Both the position numbers and the translations under genes were made by a program. Under the pieces are notes generated by a model. It worked only from the letters and a program-made list of their open reading frames with translations, searched no databases and was not told the origin of the DNA. A stretch of DNA of 63,572 nt, the filler included, from Licmophora abbreviata (Eukaryota): assembly GCA_900291995.1 (NCBI GenBank). It is 13 parts of 13 records of this genome, joined end to end, with 100 filler letters (N's around TTAATTAATTAA, not from the genome) between each part and the next. Parts side by side here need not be neighbours in the genome. Positions count along the whole stretch, not along the records: positions 61,519 to 63,572 come from OLMU01000938.1; 12 more parts are not named here. The stretch is one strand, 5' to 3'. Positions 61,419 to 63,572 of the stretch are shown piece after piece (within the stretch, counting starts at the first letter, position 1; the number at the start of each line of letters is the position of its first letter).

Positions 61419-61518
61419 NNNNNNNNNNNNNNNNNNNNNNNNNNNNNNNNNNNNNNNNNNNNTTAATTAATTAANNNNNNNNNNNNNNNNNNNNNNNNNN
61501 NNNNNNNNNNNNNNNNNN
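61419..61518. other. assembly spacer
   Basis: 44N-TTAATTAATTAA-44N. Confidence 0.98.
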
Positions 61519-61659
61519 CTTTTGCTTCTCAAACGTGTGTAGGTTGACACGCGCGAAGAAGAATTCTCAATTTTCAATTTTCGACTGCTTGAATTTGCGC
61601 GAAAGTTACGTAGTATCGCCGTCGTCATCCTCACAAGTTTGTTCTTCCAAAGACTCATC

Positions 61660-63174
61660 ATGACATCTACCACCTCGTCGATTCTGAGCGACGAAAGCGG
61701 CTCTCTGCTCTATGGCGAAGACTATGTGATAAGTCACTCCGAAGAAGAAGAACAGCAGCTGAGCTGGAGACTGGACCCGGAAGAGTCGCACAGCGACTGG
61801 ACCATTCTCGTGCATGTACTGTCAACGGACGGAACTACTCGTAGTGACAGTGCAGATACCTCCACCATGTATCATGTGCACAAGAATATTCTGGCGGTCG
61901 GACCCTGGAAGAGTGACTACTTCACGGCACTCTTTCGAACCACGCAATGTAGTGAGGTAGCAAGTCGTACCAGCACGATAGAGCTGGAAGAACTTGCGGC
62001 AGAAGCCATGCCATTCATGCTAGATTTCATGTATCATCATCACCTTACATTGACGACAGAACACGCCGTAGCTTTGCGATACTTGTCAAAATACTTTGGA
62101 GTCAAGTTACTTTACAAACAAGTCATGGAGTACCTAAAAGAGGACATGAAGTTTAGTACTCTTGGAGTATACGTTTCCCACGCTCGGGTCTTTGACGATG
62201 AGGCTATTCTGAGTCTGGCGGCAAGTCAATGTGTCGATCGGTTGGCAGAAATGAATCAAGAATTGTTGCTCAAAGCCATGGATCCCATGTTCTTAGTGCG
62301 AATCTTGTCCAATCCAGATGTTGACACGTGCAGCGACAGTTACTTGTTGAGTACAATCGTCGCCAAGTACTGTTCGATACATCAAGATTCTCTCGATCAA
62401 GCGACGTTTCTGCAGCTCACGGACCGTAATTACACGCCGTTGATTGACAAAGACGCAGCACTGCCACTGCTAACGACCGAGGCTAAATTGTTCGGAGAGG
62501 ATACGCGTGACAATGAACCAGAGGCTTCTGTTTCCGTCACCAGTCTCGAGCGACCCTCGTCCCCATCGGATCCATCCATGTCGTGTCTACAGAAACGATG
62601 CATTCACAGACTCGCACTGTCGTGGTCCAACCTAAGTAACTCATCCCAGCTTGCTTCCCTCCAGCAACTCTCCCCGTCGTTACTTGCCAAGCTACTTCAA
62701 CAAGCTTGTACTGTCGCCAAAGAGGCAAACGACAAAATTAGCGAGGAGTGGCACAGGGATGTCTTAAAGTTACGCTTGGACCAAGAAAATATTGTGTGTG
62801 GAGCCATTGAGTCGGAAATCCATCTAAAACATCACGCAGAACGCATTCAGACGGAATCTAAAGAGAAAATTTCTCACCTCCGCTCACTGTTGGCAGAACG
62901 CGATCGACAGATTCGAGTGTTTCAATCGGAATGGGACAAGATGATCAGATTGCCAACCGAGCATTCGTTTAATGATGAGTCGCTTCATACATATCATCAC
63001 CTTTCGGGCAACGAGCCGTTCGATCACCAGCGCAGCGTGAATAGGTTCGGGCGCGTGCGACCGACGAGCATGCCAAAGATTGGGAGCAGTAGTGAGAATG
63101 GGGTGCTGGTGGTGGAGCAAGAAGGGAACAACACATACAAACGATGGCCTGTGTTCTACTATAAGGGAGATTAG
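61660..63174 (+). CDS. BTB/POZ domain protein with C-terminal coiled coil
   Basis: LSWRLDPEESHSDWTI, YHVHKNILAVGP.KSDYF..LF, MPFMLDFMY; single-exon ORF. Confidence 0.88.
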   Translation: MTSTTSSILSDESGSLLYGEDYVISHSEEEEQQLSWRLDPEESHSDWTILVHVLSTDGTTRSDSADTSTMYHVHKNILAVGPWKSDYFTALFRTTQCSEVASRTSTIELEELAAEAMPFMLDFMYHHHLTLTTEHAVALRYLSKYFGVKLLYKQVMEYLKEDMKFSTLGVYVSHARVFDDEAILSLAASQCVDRLAEMNQELLLKAMDPMFLVRILSNPDVDTCSDSYLLSTIVAKYCSIHQDSLDQATFLQLTDRNYTPLIDKDAALPLLTTEAKLFGEDTRDNEPEASVSVTSLERPSSPSDPSMSCLQKRCIHRLALSWSNLSNSSQLASLQQLSPSLLAKLLQQACTVAKEANDKISEEWHRDVLKLRLDQENIVCGAIESEIHLKHHAERIQTESKEKISHLRSLLAERDRQIRVFQSEWDKMIRLPTEHSFNDESLHTYHHLSGNEPFDHQRSVNRFGRVRPTSMPKIGSSSENGVLVVEQEGNNTYKRWPVFYYKGD

Positions 63175-63572
63175 GAAGATCGACCGTATTTGTCTCTGTA
63201 GGATGAACGCTGCCCGCACTTAGAGTACGGACGTGGCATGCTTTTATGTCTTAGTCAACTTATTTTATCAGGAACATACTGCTAGTGTGCTTTCTTGATG
63301 TCCAATCTCTTTCTCCAAAGGACACGTATCTTTTCGTCCGATACAAACAAAGAATAGTAAACTTTCGACCAACTCCCAGGTCATTTTGTACATACTCGTC
63401 GTGACGTAGAGACACAATCTCCAACGTTCGCATTTTTACAAAAAGAGTAATGACAATCATCCATATATTTGAGACAAACACGGTGAGCGATGGGGAGTGA
63501 CGTTCGTTGATGGATCTCGAAGATTTAACTCAGAAAAGAATCAGAGTTCAGGCACAGCGGCACATATTGACA

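Noticed and set aside
63260..63572. 73-aa minus-strand ORF at the window end
   Set aside because: Non-ATG start, no motif, and upstream frames are closed; cannot be supported without flanking sequence.

Overview
This is gene-dense eukaryotic nuclear DNA with short GT-AG introns, most likely from a diatom or other photosynthetic stramenopile. The lineage call is an inference from signal-plus-transit plastid targeting peptides, the ubiquitin variant and RXL motifs. The window is a scaffold of 13 contigs joined by 12 artificial 100-nt spacers (44N-TTAATTAATTAA-44N). About 30 mostly housekeeping genes are present, including GCN2, CABIN1/HIR3-like, RECQL4-like, CNNM, MutS2, SF3B2, PIG-C, a prolyl 4-hydroxylase, PRCP, POLE2, VMA12, TAF5, PAN3, ZSWIM7, ubiquitin-eS31, ATP23, CYP38-like, two Methyltransf_22 paralogs, a mitochondrial carrier, TBC1D22, PRP38, LENG1 and TBL1. 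Seven genes carry single-base frameshifts that can each be repaired by changing the length of a base run, which most likely reflects sequencing error. I found no tRNA, rRNA, CRISPR array or intact transposon, and no multi-gene novel system that I can firmly support. The best leads are: (1) a prolyl 4-hydroxylase whose last exon, missed by the ORF track, encodes a VHL-beta-like domain, a possible hydroxyproline writer-reader fusion; (2) a nucleus-encoded Cox1 C-terminal fragment with an extra acidic tail; (3) an eS31 lacking 3 of 4 zinc ligands; (4) a probably plastid-targeted HA-repeat protein between inverted methyltransferase paralogs; (5) a PRP38-Tudor fusion. All family calls come from motif recognition by eye, not database searches.
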